Numbered from the stretch's first letter, positions 16,374 through 25,422 are shown. The stretch is 64,000 nucleotides of DNA from Patescibacteria group bacterium (GCA_050953885.1 JBMNNJ010000001.1:74132-138131); one strand, 5' to 3'. A program made the numbers and translations. Notes: generated from the sequence alone by a model not told the origin.

Positions 16374-17684
16374 TTGGGGAATTGGGTAATAAATTTTCTT
16401 CTTGATAAAAAGAGGTTAGTTTTTGATAATAAAAACACGGTGGAAAAAAAGAAAATCTTTTTTCTTTTATTGGGAGCGTTTATTTTTCTGCTTTTACCAT
16501 CGGTGGTTTTTGGCCAGGTGGTAATTAACGAAGTTTATTATCAAGGAGACTCCACGAAGGAGTGGGTAGAAATTTATAATTATGGTGATGCTTCTTTTAA
16601 TTTAATGAACTGTCGGCTTGAAGATAATAATGGTAGTGATAATATTGGTGCTTATTCAATTAACGCTAAAGAGTTTTTGGTGATTGCGAAAATCGGAAAC
16701 AATAGTCTTGCAGAAGCTGTTGGCAGTCCGGGGAAAATTATTTGGTTGGATGGGCCAATAGGAAACGGTTTGGCTGATGGAGGAGATCGTCTTTTGCTGT
16801 CTTGTGGTGGGGAAGAGATAGATAAGATAAGCTGGGGTTCTGATATAATTTATTTTAATATAAAGGCAGTCGGCAATGGCTATTCTCTTGAGCGCTTACC
16901 GACAGGACAAGGAGATTTTGTTGAGCAGAAAAACCCAACACCGGGAAAAGGGGTTTTTATTGCCTTTACGCCAATACCCACAGCGACGATATCGCCATCG
17001 CCTCAATTGACATCAGACCTTACTCCAACAGTAATCGTTACCCCCGCTCCTGCAGCAGTGAAAGCAACTTATCAAATAAACGAGGTAAAAAACGAAAAAG
17101 GGGAGGTTCTTTCCAGTGTTAAAATTTATGTTGACGACCAGTATCTTCATCATTACGCGCCCGAGGTCTTGGAATTTGGCGACGGCTATTATTGCGATGA
17201 TGATAAAAAAGTGGCCTGCGGCTTCGGCGAGCATTCAATTAGGCTTGAAAAAAACGGCTACGAGGATTGGGAGGAAACAAAGGAGATTAAGGCGGGAGAT
17301 GCTTATTCGGTTAATCCGGTAATGGCTTTTTTACCCTCGCCAACACCAAACCCTACCGCTACTCCTGTTTCTAGTTTATCGCCAACAGGGCGGATAAGCC
17401 CAAGCCCGTCGTTGGCGATAACTTCTCTTTTATTAAGCCCGACTTCTTCTTCGCCCCTTTTGCCTTTTGCTGACTTTGCCTTAGTTCCTAAAAAGATCAC
17501 GGGCGAAGAAGAAATTTTGGAGGAAAATTTGGGGCAGGTTTTAGGAGAAGAAAAAAGAGAAGAAAAGAAAAGTTCAAGCTGGTATTTTGGTGTCGGCGCT
17601 TTTTATTTAGGCGTTTCCGGCTGGCGCTTAGCGCGGAAAAACGATAATGATATAATGGAAAAGTTAAATTTTGAAGAAAAATAA
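16374..17684 (+). CDS. secreted or surface protein with a Lamin-tail-domain (LTD), Pro/Thr-rich linkers, a second beta-rich domain and a C-terminal TM anchor
   Basis: LTD signature VVINEVYY ... WVEIYNYGD ... GDRLLL ... ISWG; PT-rich linkers; C-terminal hydrophobic segment. Confidence 0.55.
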   Translation: MGNWVINFLLDKKRLVFDNKNTVEKKKIFFLLLGAFIFLLLPSVVFGQVVINEVYYQGDSTKEWVEIYNYGDASFNLMNCRLEDNNGSDNIGAYSINAKEFLVIAKIGNNSLAEAVGSPGKIIWLDGPIGNGLADGGDRLLLSCGGEEIDKISWGSDIIYFNIKAVGNGYSLERLPTGQGDFVEQKNPTPGKGVFIAFTPIPTATISPSPQLTSDLTPTVIVTPAPAAVKATYQINEVKNEKGEVLSSVKIYVDDQYLHHYAPEVLEFGDGYYCDDDKKVACGFGEHSIRLEKNGYEDWEETKEIKAGDAYSVNPVMAFLPSPTPNPTATPVSSLSPTGRISPSPSLAITSLLLSPTSSSPLLPFADFALVPKKITGEEEILEENLGQVLGEEKREEKKSSSWYFGVGAFYLGVSGWRLARKNDNDIMEKLNFEEK

Positions 17685-18091
17685 TGAAAAAAGTCCTTTC
17701 TTTTTTAAATCGCTTTTTACCGCCAATTTTGGTAATGGCGTTAATTTTTTATCTTTCTTCCCGTTCTTCCTTTTCGGTTTCGCCAAAATTTTGGTTAAAT
17801 TTTTTAGTTTTTAAAACCCTTCACTTTTTAGAATTCGGGTTTTTATTCCTGCTTTGGGCGCGCGCTTTTTTGGGCAATAAAAATCGTTTTTGGCTGGCTT
17901 TTCTTTTGAGCTTTTTTTGGGCCTTAACCGATGAGGTTCATCAGCTTTTTGTCCCTACCCGAGAGGGGACAATCCGTGATATGCTCATTGATACGGCCGG
18001 AATTTTATTTTTTTGGTGGCTTTTATGGAGTATCTTACCAAAAGCGCCCAAGAAACTAAAGAATTGGGCGAAAAAATTGGCGCTAATTTAA
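17684..18091 (+). CDS. VanZ-like family membrane protein
   Basis: LTDEVHQLFVPTREGTIRDMLIDTAG motif. Confidence 0.7.
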   Translation: MKKVLSFLNRFLPPILVMALIFYLSSRSSFSVSPKFWLNFLVFKTLHFLEFGFLFLLWARAFLGNKNRFWLAFLLSFFWALTDEVHQLFVPTREGTIRDMLIDTAGILFFWWLLWSILPKAPKKLKNWAKKLALI

Positions 18092-18468
18092 AGCCGGGTG
18101 ATCTCTTGGCTTGTTTTGGCCAGCTGGGAGGCGGAAAAACCACCTTTCTTCAAGGAGTGGCCAAGGCTTTGGGGATAAAGGAGCGAATTTTAAGTCCGAC
18201 TTTTATTTTGATGCGCCAATACGAACTTCCCCACCAAAAAAGAGGGATAGAAAGATTTTATCATTGGGACTGGTATCGGATTAAGGGAGAAAAGGAAGCC
18301 TTGGCGGCGGGTTTTGGCGAAAATCTTCTTGATCCAAAAGCGGTAGTGGCGGTAGAATGGGCCGAAAACGCCCTTAAAGCCTTGCCGAGAAAAAGAATTG
18401 AGGTTCATTTTGAATATGGGGAGAAAGAAAAAGAGAGAAGAATAAGGATTATTAGAAAGAATTGTTAA
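18025..18468 (+). CDS. tsaE: tRNA t6A37 threonylcarbamoyl-adenosine biosynthesis ATPase TsaE
   Basis: GQLGGGKTTF P-loop, SPTF, HWDWYR motifs. Start at MEYLTK; overlaps the VanZ gene 3' end. Confidence 0.8.
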   Translation: MEYLTKSAQETKELGEKIGANLKPGDLLACFGQLGGGKTTFLQGVAKALGIKERILSPTFILMRQYELPHQKRGIERFYHWDWYRIKGEKEALAAGFGENLLDPKAVVAVEWAENALKALPRKRIEVHFEYGEKEKERRIRIIRKNC

Positions 18469-18469
18469 A

Positions 18470-18535
18470 AGACGCGAATTGACGCGAATGAGAAACGAAG
18501 GGACGCGAATGAGCGAATGGAATGGTTGGAGTAGC
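18470..18535. repeat. acgcgaat periodic repeat array directly after the tsaE stop
   Basis: gacgcgaattgacgcgaatgagaaacgaagggacgcgaatgagcgaatggaatgg. Confidence 0.6.
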
Positions 18536-18612
18536 GCCGTTTACGGCGCGCTAAAAATCAACGCGAACAACTAAATTTCGTTATTCCAATAATGAAGTAA
18601 TTTATTTTCTGT

Positions 18613-18906
18613 ATGATTCTTTTCATAGATACTACTAATAACCAAAAGATTTTCCTAAAATTGGGAGAAAAAGCCAGTATTATAAATAAAAGTGAGGATT
18701 TATTGGGGGCGATAGAAACTTTATTAAATGAAAGCGGTTGTACAATAGATGATATTAGCGGGATAGAAATTAACACCGGTCCGGGGTCTTTTACCGGTTT
18801 GCGTATCGGGATAACGATTGCCAATATTTGGGGTTGGTTTAAAAAAATTAAGGTTAACGGCAAACTGATAAACGCTCAAGATTTTATTTTGCCAAAATAC
18901 GAATAG
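18613..18906 (+). CDS. tsaB: TsaB-like (inactive Kae1/YeaZ homolog), unusually short at 97 aa
   Basis: ILFIDTT ... GIEINTGPGSFTGLRIGITIAN; only the N-terminal subdomain is present. Confidence 0.7.
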   Translation: MILFIDTTNNQKIFLKLGEKASIINKSEDLLGAIETLLNESGCTIDDISGIEINTGPGSFTGLRIGITIANIWGWFKKIKVNGKLINAQDFILPKYE

Positions 18907-18922
18907 AAGTTAAAAGAAACTA

Positions 18923-20416
18923 ATGAGAAAAATCCTGCCCTTTTTTCTAACTTTAATAATTTTTCTTTTTGGTTTTTCCAGTGAGTCTTTTGCCTCTTTT
19001 TCTCCCTCCTCGGCTCAAGATTTAAGTTTTTATGGTGAGTATTGCCAGAGCCAAGAGTGGCGGTGGCTTTGCCAGGTTGGGCAAACGGAATTGGCGGCCT
19101 TAAAAGAAGAAGACGGCTGGGAGTTGGTTTTAGATGATTTTGCTTTTTTTGGCCAAAATCGGGGGATAGAGTTTGTTTTTCCTGCCCTTGAAAACGGTTT
19201 AGAAAATCCGGTGTTAGTCCTTTCCTTACGGGCAATGGGGGAAACTTTTGGTTGGGCGCGGCTGGAAATTTACCAAAAAGACACTTGGCAAATGGTTTGG
19301 GGTGGAGTAGGCCAGGACCGCTTGGTTTTTTATGGCGATAAACCCTGGCGGGAAGAAGTTAATCTAAAAGAAGTTTTGGGAGGTGGTTTAGAAGAAGAAT
19401 TAAAGGAGGGTTTGCGAGTGCGGTTACAAGTGGGGCCGTTAGTTTCCTCAAGCTATGTTTTGCCCGCTATTGACCAAGCAGTGATTATTGACAAGGGTAA
19501 CCAAAACGAGATTTTAACTCCCACCTTGGGGATAACATTGGCCTTAAGTCTCACCCCAACGGCGACTCCTATGGTTTTTCCTTCCCCTACCTTAACGTCA
19601 ACGCTAACCCCAACAGCGACTCCGACACCAACTGGCACCATTGAGGAAAATAAAGTTGTTTGGATTTTCCCCCAAGATGGGGAAACGGTTTCGGGGAAAG
19701 TGATTTTAGAAGCAAGATTAGAGGAGGAAGGGGAAGAAACGAAAACCTTGCGGGAGGTCTTTTTCTGGCGGCCTTTGGGCCAAAACTCGTGGCAGCAACT
19801 TGCGGAAAATATTTGGGAAACCGAAAATCTACCCTTGGGAGAATACCAACTGCAGACAAAACTAACCAGCGAGGAAGGCGAGGAAAAAAGCGCGGAAATA
19901 GTGGTGAGCTTAGGGGCGAGGATTTTTAATGTTTTTTTAACCGGGAGAACTCTTTCTTGGCAAACCGATCGACCCACCCTGGGCCGAATTATTTATGATC
20001 GTGCTTCTCATTTGGGGGTTGAGAAAAATTATCCCAATTTTGGTTATCTTTGGGCAAGTGAGCCTACCAGTAGGCAAAAGCAAACCAGCCATCAGTTTAC
20101 TTTTGGGCAAATTCCCGCTGGTCGGTATTATTACCGCATTTTGGCTTTTGGCTCGCCGGTTTCCTACAGCGACGAGTATGTTTTGGAAACGGATTCTTTG
20201 CTAATCGAAGAAGAAAAGGTTTTGGGCCAAGCGGCAAGCGCTGAAGCAAGCATTTCTTTGCCACCGACACCAGAGGAAAACGGAGAAGAAGTTTTTGATC
20301 AAAGCCAACCATTAGCTGAAGAAAAGCCATTCAATTTTCCTCGCTTTTTAGCCTTGTTTTTACTAGGGGTTTTGGCCGGAGGAGGGATTGTTCATTTGAC
20401 AAAGAAGGAAAAATAG
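18923..20416 (+). CDS. secreted hypothetical protein with a PT-rich linker and C-terminal TM anchor
   Basis: Signal peptide, TPTATPTPTG linker, C-terminal hydrophobic segment. Confidence 0.45.
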   Translation: MRKILPFFLTLIIFLFGFSSESFASFSPSSAQDLSFYGEYCQSQEWRWLCQVGQTELAALKEEDGWELVLDDFAFFGQNRGIEFVFPALENGLENPVLVLSLRAMGETFGWARLEIYQKDTWQMVWGGVGQDRLVFYGDKPWREEVNLKEVLGGGLEEELKEGLRVRLQVGPLVSSSYVLPAIDQAVIIDKGNQNEILTPTLGITLALSLTPTATPMVFPSPTLTSTLTPTATPTPTGTIEENKVVWIFPQDGETVSGKVILEARLEEEGEETKTLREVFFWRPLGQNSWQQLAENIWETENLPLGEYQLQTKLTSEEGEEKSAEIVVSLGARIFNVFLTGRTLSWQTDRPTLGRIIYDRASHLGVEKNYPNFGYLWASEPTSRQKQTSHQFTFGQIPAGRYYYRILAFGSPVSYSDEYVLETDSLLIEEEKVLGQAASAEASISLPPTPEENGEEVFDQSQPLAEEKPFNFPRFLALFLLGVLAGGGIVHLTKKEK

Positions 20417-20432
20417 TCTTAAATTAGTCTTA

Positions 20433-21323
20433 ATGAGCGCTAAAAAAGGTTTAAAAGATTTTTTTATTCCCGGCGAAAGTAATAATTTTCGCGCCCGTCT
20501 GCTCCATCTGCCATTTTTGGCCGCCTTTCTCTTTTTTTTCCTTTTTTTTAAAACCGCCCTTTCTTTATACCTTTTAACTAATCCGGCGGTTTTAGGTTAT
20601 TCTTCGCAAATTACCAGCGCCCAGATTATAGAGTTAACAAATGCGGAACGGCAGAAGTATGGCCTGCCGGCGTTAACGCCTAGCCCTCTTTTGGAAAAAG
20701 CGGCGCGGCTTAAGGCGGAGGATATGTTTGCCGGCGACTATTGGTCGCATCGCTCGCCTACGGGAAAAACCCCTTGGGATTTTTTGAAAGAAGTTGGTTA
20801 TAATTATGTTTACGCTGGGGAAAATTTAGCCCGTGACTTTGCCGACGCGTCGGGAGTGGTGGCGGCGTGGATGGCCTCGCCGACTCATAAAGAAAATATT
20901 GTAAGTAAGAATTATCAGGAAATTGGGGTGGCGGTGGTTGATGGCGAGCTTGGGGGTTTGAAGACTACTCTGGTGGTGCAGATGTTTGGGACGCCGACAA
21001 GGCTGGTGGGAGAAAAGCCGCCGGCGCCGGTTCAGGAAATGCCGCCAGAGATAAAAGCAAAAACGGAGGAAAAAGGAGGAGTGCTTCCCTCGGCGGAAAA
21101 TAATAATCTTGGAGAAAAAGGAGGAACGATTGACCTTTTATCCTTAGAAAAACTGGCGGTGGTTTTTTGCTTGGGGTTACTCTTAGGAGTTTTAGTGGTA
21201 GATAAGGTGGTGGCGGAAAGAAGGCAAACGCCGCGATTAACAGCCGACAACAATGCCCATCTTATTTTCCTGCTTTTGGTGATTTTAGTAGTGGTTCTTT
21301 TGGAAGCGGGGACGATTGTTTAA
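20433..21323 (+). CDS. CAP/SCP/PR-1-like domain protein with N-terminal TM and C-terminal TM
   Basis: CAP motifs (LTNAERQKYGLPAL, YWSHRSP, GENLA, HKENI). Confidence 0.7.
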   Translation: MSAKKGLKDFFIPGESNNFRARLLHLPFLAAFLFFFLFFKTALSLYLLTNPAVLGYSSQITSAQIIELTNAERQKYGLPALTPSPLLEKAARLKAEDMFAGDYWSHRSPTGKTPWDFLKEVGYNYVYAGENLARDFADASGVVAAWMASPTHKENIVSKNYQEIGVAVVDGELGGLKTTLVVQMFGTPTRLVGEKPPAPVQEMPPEIKAKTEEKGGVLPSAENNNLGEKGGTIDLLSLEKLAVVFCLGLLLGVLVVDKVVAERRQTPRLTADNNAHLIFLLLVILVVVLLEAGTIV

Positions 21324-21324
21324 G

Positions 21325-21483
21325 ATACGCGAATTAACACGAATGGAAAACGAATGGACGCGAATTTGTAGGGGCGGGGTTTTTCCCCGCCCGAAACCAA
21401 AATGAATTCTATAGGGGCGATTCATGAATCGCCCGTTAGGGTAATTGGCGCCAATATGCGGGCGCATCGTGATGCGCCTCTAC
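21325..21483. repeat. acgcgaat array (21325-21365) followed by a 117-bp GTAGGGGCG-bounded structured element with 4 inner hairpins
   Basis: Same families as 18470 and 14771. Confidence 0.65.
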
Positions 21484-21500
21484 ATATTTTTTTATGAAAT

Positions 21501-21761
21501 ATGAAAAATAAGAAAGAAAACACCGTTTTTCCCTACGAGTATTTAGTTTTGGCGATAATTTTGGCCTCGGCGGCGATTTTATTGCTTTATTTTCCTCCTC
21601 TTTCGGGGAAAAGGGAAATAGTGGCTCTCTCCTTAGGCATTTTTTATTTTCTTTGGGGGATTTGGCATCATAGTCGTCGCGGCGATTTAGTTTTAAAAAT
21701 TATTTTGGAATATTTAGCGGTGGCCGCTTTAGGCGTGGCGGCTTTATTAATTTTAATTTAA
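21501..21761 (+). CDS. small hypothetical membrane protein (86 aa, 3 TM)
   Basis: Hydrophobic ORF ending 4 nt before the next gene. Confidence 0.4.
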   Translation: MKNKKENTVFPYEYLVLAIILASAAILLLYFPPLSGKREIVALSLGIFYFLWGIWHHSRRGDLVLKIILEYLAVAALGVAALLILI

Positions 21762-21764
21762 AAA

Positions 21765-22502
21765 ATGAAGGGTATTATCTTAGCTGGTGGTTTAGGCACG
21801 CGCCTTTATCCTCTCACTTGGGCAACCAACAAGCATCTTCTGCCTGTTTTTGACCAGCCGATGATTTTTTATCCGATTAATACTTTAGTAAAGGCAGGGG
21901 TTAGGGAGATTTTGGTGGTTACCGGCGGGCCGCATGCGGGACATTTTCTTCAGGTTTTGAAAAACGGCAAGGAGTTGGGATTGAAGCATTTGGAATATGC
22001 TTATCAGGAAGGAGAAGGGGGCATTGCTGCCGCCCTTTCTTTGGCGGAGGACTTTGCCGATGGAGAAGCGGTGGCGGTGGTTTTAGGCGATAACACCACC
22101 GATGCCGATATTTCCCCGGCGGTCAAAAATTTTCAAGCTGGAGCGACCGTTTTTTTAAAAAAGGTGCCCGACCCCGAACGTTTTGGTGTACCTGTTTTTT
22201 CCAAAAAAAACCCTAAAAAAATTATTAAGATTGAAGAAAAACCGGCCAAACCGCAATCAAATTTTGCCGTTACCGGCCTTTATCTTTATGATAATGAGGT
22301 TTTCAAAATTATTAAAACCTTGAAACCGTCGGCGCGAGGAGAGCTGGAGATAACCGATGTTAATAATGGCTATCTTGAACAAGGCAAGCTTAACTGGTTT
22401 GAGCTTGAGGGTTTTTGGTCCGACGCCGGCACCTTTGAGAGCCTTTTTCGTACTAACCAATATTGGGCCAAGAAAAAGATGAGCAAGGCTAAACTCCCTT
22501 AA
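21765..22502 (+). CDS. sugar-1-phosphate nucleotidyltransferase (short RmlA-like glucose-1-P thymidylyltransferase)
   Basis: GIILAGGLGTRLYPLT N-terminal motif; 245 aa. Confidence 0.8.
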   Translation: MKGIILAGGLGTRLYPLTWATNKHLLPVFDQPMIFYPINTLVKAGVREILVVTGGPHAGHFLQVLKNGKELGLKHLEYAYQEGEGGIAAALSLAEDFADGEAVAVVLGDNTTDADISPAVKNFQAGATVFLKKVPDPERFGVPVFSKKNPKKIIKIEEKPAKPQSNFAVTGLYLYDNEVFKIIKTLKPSARGELEITDVNNGYLEQGKLNWFELEGFWSDAGTFESLFRTNQYWAKKKMSKAKLP

Positions 22503-23907
22503 TAACCGCCAAAGGCTTAAGGCGGGCGACTTTTTCGGTTAAACCTTCCTTAACTAATACTTCAACTACCTCTTCGATGTCTTTATAAGCTCCCGGCGCT
22601 TCATCGGCAACTTTATGAAAGGGAAGGTTGTAAATTATTTCTCCCATTGACTTTTCAAACTGGGAAAGGCTGATGTTTTTTTGGGCAGCGCGGCGGGACA
22701 TCAGTCGGCCGGCGCCATGGTTGACGGAATGGAAGGTTTCCTTATTTTTGGCCGTGCCGACAACGATATAAGAGGCAGTGCCCATACTGCCGGGGATAAG
22801 AGCCGGATGGCCGGTTTTGGCAAAAGAGGGAGGATTTTGGGGATGACCGGCCGGCAGCGCCCGAGTGGCGCCTTTGCGATGGACTAAAACCTTTTGACCA
22901 AAATGACTTTCCCACTTAGCAATGTTATGGGCAACATCGTAAAGAAGGGCAAGGGGGTCATTATTGCCAAAAGTTTCCCGCCAAGCCTGGCGGACAAAGT
23001 GGGTGATAATCTGGCGGTTGGCAAAGGCAAAGTTAACGCAGGCGGCCATGGCGCCAAAGTAGCGTTCTCCTTCAGGGGTAGTAACCGGGAGAGCGGCTAA
23101 GCCTTGATTTGGAATTTGCAGACGGTATTTTTCTTTTTCCCGCCAAAGAATTTGGGTGTAGTCAAGGCAAGTTTGGTGGCCTAAGGCACGGGAGCCGGTA
23201 TGGATCATCACCGTTATTTGATTAGGGAAAAGGTCGAATGCTTGGGCAGTTGAGGGGTCAAAAATCCGGTCTACTTTTTGGATTTCAATAAAGTGGTTGC
23301 CGGAGCCCAGAGTGCCTAATTCGTTTTTAGCGCGCCCGATCGCTTTTGTCGAGAGGTAAGAAAATTCTGCTTCTTTCATTTGGCCATTTTCTTCCGTTTT
23401 TTCCAAATCGTCTTTTTGCGCCAGACCCTTTTTTACTAAAAAAGAAAGCCCTTCCCGGCAAACCTTTTCCAGCGGCAGATCAAGACGCCCTTTTTGGTGT
23501 TGCCCGCCAAGGCCCAAGGGCACAAGCTGGCTAATTTTCTCAATTAATTGCCGGAGCAAAGAGGGGGTAAAAACCTTTTCGTCAAAAAACTGTTGGGAAA
23601 GAAGAAGACGCACCCCGCAATTAATATCCATCCCCACGGCGCCGGCGGAAACTAAACCATTCGTAGCCATAACGCCGCCAATTGGCAGGCCGAAACCTTC
23701 ATGGATATCCGGCATTCCCAAAACCGGCGAGATAACCTCCGGCAGGCAGGCAGCGGCAACTAATTGTTCCAAGCTTCTATCTTCTTGAATTGGTTTCAAA
23801 AGTTTTTCAGAGGCATAAATTATTACCTCGGCTTGCATCGGCCCGCTTTTTTTGATCCGCCATTTTTGAGGAGAAAGTGGTTCAAGGTTAAACATTATTG
23901 TCGGCAA
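22489..23907 (-). CDS. rtcB: RNA 3'-phosphate ligase RtcB
   Basis: MDINCGVR, GSGNHFIE, HNIAKWE, IPGSMGT and SVNHGAGR motifs. Confidence 0.9.
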   Translation of the reverse strand: MPTIMFNLEPLSPQKWRIKKSGPMQAEVIIYASEKLLKPIQEDRSLEQLVAAACLPEVISPVLGMPDIHEGFGLPIGGVMATNGLVSAGAVGMDINCGVRLLLSQQFFDEKVFTPSLLRQLIEKISQLVPLGLGGQHQKGRLDLPLEKVCREGLSFLVKKGLAQKDDLEKTEENGQMKEAEFSYLSTKAIGRAKNELGTLGSGNHFIEIQKVDRIFDPSTAQAFDLFPNQITVMIHTGSRALGHQTCLDYTQILWREKEKYRLQIPNQGLAALPVTTPEGERYFGAMAACVNFAFANRQIITHFVRQAWRETFGNNDPLALLYDVAHNIAKWESHFGQKVLVHRKGATRALPAGHPQNPPSFAKTGHPALIPGSMGTASYIVVGTAKNKETFHSVNHGAGRLMSRRAAQKNISLSQFEKSMGEIIYNLPFHKVADEAPGAYKDIEEVVEVLVKEGLTEKVARLKPLAVIKGV

Positions 23908-24049
23908 TGTTATAATAAAGAAAGTTAAATTGCTAAATTGCTAAGCAGTTTAACTATATTAACAAACTCAAAACTTAAATCGCAAAGATCAAAACCTAAC
24001 TCAAAGTTCAAAAACGTTTTTATGTGTTGGTTTTGATTTTTAAATTTGG

Positions 24050-24300
24050 TTTTGTCCCGCCATAGCGGGACCCCGTTGCGGCGGGGCATTTTGATCCGCC
24101 AGCTGGCCTTGTACCAGCACGGTACAGAGCTGACGGACAGGGTTCATTCCTGTAGCTGTCATTCCTGAACTAAATTCAGGACAGGCTCTGACGAAAGTCA
24201 GGATCTAAATGATTCTGAATCAAGTTCAGAATGACGCTAATCGTGGCCGTCATTCTGATGAATCCGCCAGCTTGCGGATCAAATCTGAAAGCTACCACGC
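24050..24300. repeat. composite cluster of GC palindromes and hairpin modules in the divergent rtcB/24455 intergenic region
   Basis: gtcccgccatagcgggac, ccgccagctgg (interrupted), tctgacgaaagtcagga, gattctgaatcaagttcagaatgacg, gatccgcaagctggcggattc. Confidence 0.75.
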
Positions 24301-24454
24301 AAAACTCAAATCTTAAAAATTACATATATTTCAGAAAGATTTAACATTTACCATTTGAGTTTTAAGTTTTCAAACTACAAGTTGCCTGCCGCTTTCTTTT
24401 TTGCTTTTTTGATTTAACGATTTAATGATTTGGTAATTTTTTGTTATCTTTATT

Positions 24455-24958
24455 ATGCCCGATAAAAAAATTTTTTTCAACAATCCTGTTTTGGGGAAAA
24501 AATCGCTGGTGGAAGTGGTGGAGGAGATTGTGGCTTTTATTAACCATGACCCCCAATCTTTTTACCACTTAATTATTGGCACCGATTCGCAAGACCATGC
24601 ACTGGAGAAAGTTAATGGTTATCTTAATTTAGTCTCGGCGATTGTTATTTATCGCGACGGCCATGGCGGCCGTTATTTTTGGCGACGGCAAAGGCTGCCT
24701 CATTCCCGAAATCTTCGGGAGAAAATTTATCAGGAAACTCTTACCTCGTTGGACTTAGCGCAAAAGCTGGTGCCTTTGTTGCACCAAAAACTTAATGGTA
24801 ATGAATATGAGCTGGAGATTCATATTGATGTGGGTAATGCCGGGCCAACACGGGAAATGATTCGCGAGCTGGTGGCGATGGTAAATAGTAACGGGTTTCG
24901 GGCTAAAACCAAACCCGAATCATATGGCGCCACCTGCGTGGCGGATAAATACACCTAA
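24455..24958 (+). CDS. conserved hypothetical protein, possibly RNase-H-like DUF458/YkuK family (tentative)
   Basis: HLIIGTDSQ motif; 167 aa; family assignment from memory only. Confidence 0.35.
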   Translation: MPDKKIFFNNPVLGKKSLVEVVEEIVAFINHDPQSFYHLIIGTDSQDHALEKVNGYLNLVSAIVIYRDGHGGRYFWRRQRLPHSRNLREKIYQETLTSLDLAQKLVPLLHQKLNGNEYELEIHIDVGNAGPTREMIRELVAMVNSNGFRAKTKPESYGATCVADKYT

Positions 24959-24959
24959 A

Positions 24960-25180
24960 AAAAGTCAAAAGTTAAAAGTCAAAAGTTAAATATAAAAAGT
25001 TAGTAACTCGTAATAAGTAAATTCAAAATTCAAAAGTCAAAATTCAAAATTGCAAGTCAAAAGTTAAAAATTTTTTTATTCTACTTTTGAATTTTAACTT
25101 GTAATTTTGACTTTTAAATTTTAACTTTTGACTTTTAGTTATTCTCTGTCCGCCAGCTGGCGGACAGAATCATTCCCTCA
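24960..25180. repeat. about 170-bp AT-rich palindromic k-mer region (aaagtcaaaagttaaaa units) followed by the perfect 22-bp palindrome ctgtccgccagctggcggacag
   Basis: The 55-bp segment ttctacttttgaattttaacttgta.ttttgacttttaaatttt recurs at 30903 and, reverse-complemented, at 3905. Confidence 0.7.
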
Positions 25181-25422
25181 TTGCTACATTACTCTTGCTA
25201 TTATTATCTTGCTATTATTATCTTGCTATTATTGTCTTGTTATTATTACAGGTCTAATATCGTCATCATCGCTAGTGACTTATTTAGGGGGCGATCGCCC
25301 CTATTTTAATTCCCTTTTAAATTTAAAAATTTTTAGTTAATTATTTTTCTTCTATATTTTTAAAAATATAGCGGTAAAATATAGGTGAGTCAGAAAAAAG
25401 CCAGGCGAGAAAATTTTTTTAT

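Noticed and set aside
25128-25340. 70-aa plus-strand ORF
   Set aside because: It spans the ctgtccgccagctggcggacag palindrome and tandem ttgctattatta repeats. It has low complexity and no start context, so it is most likely spurious.
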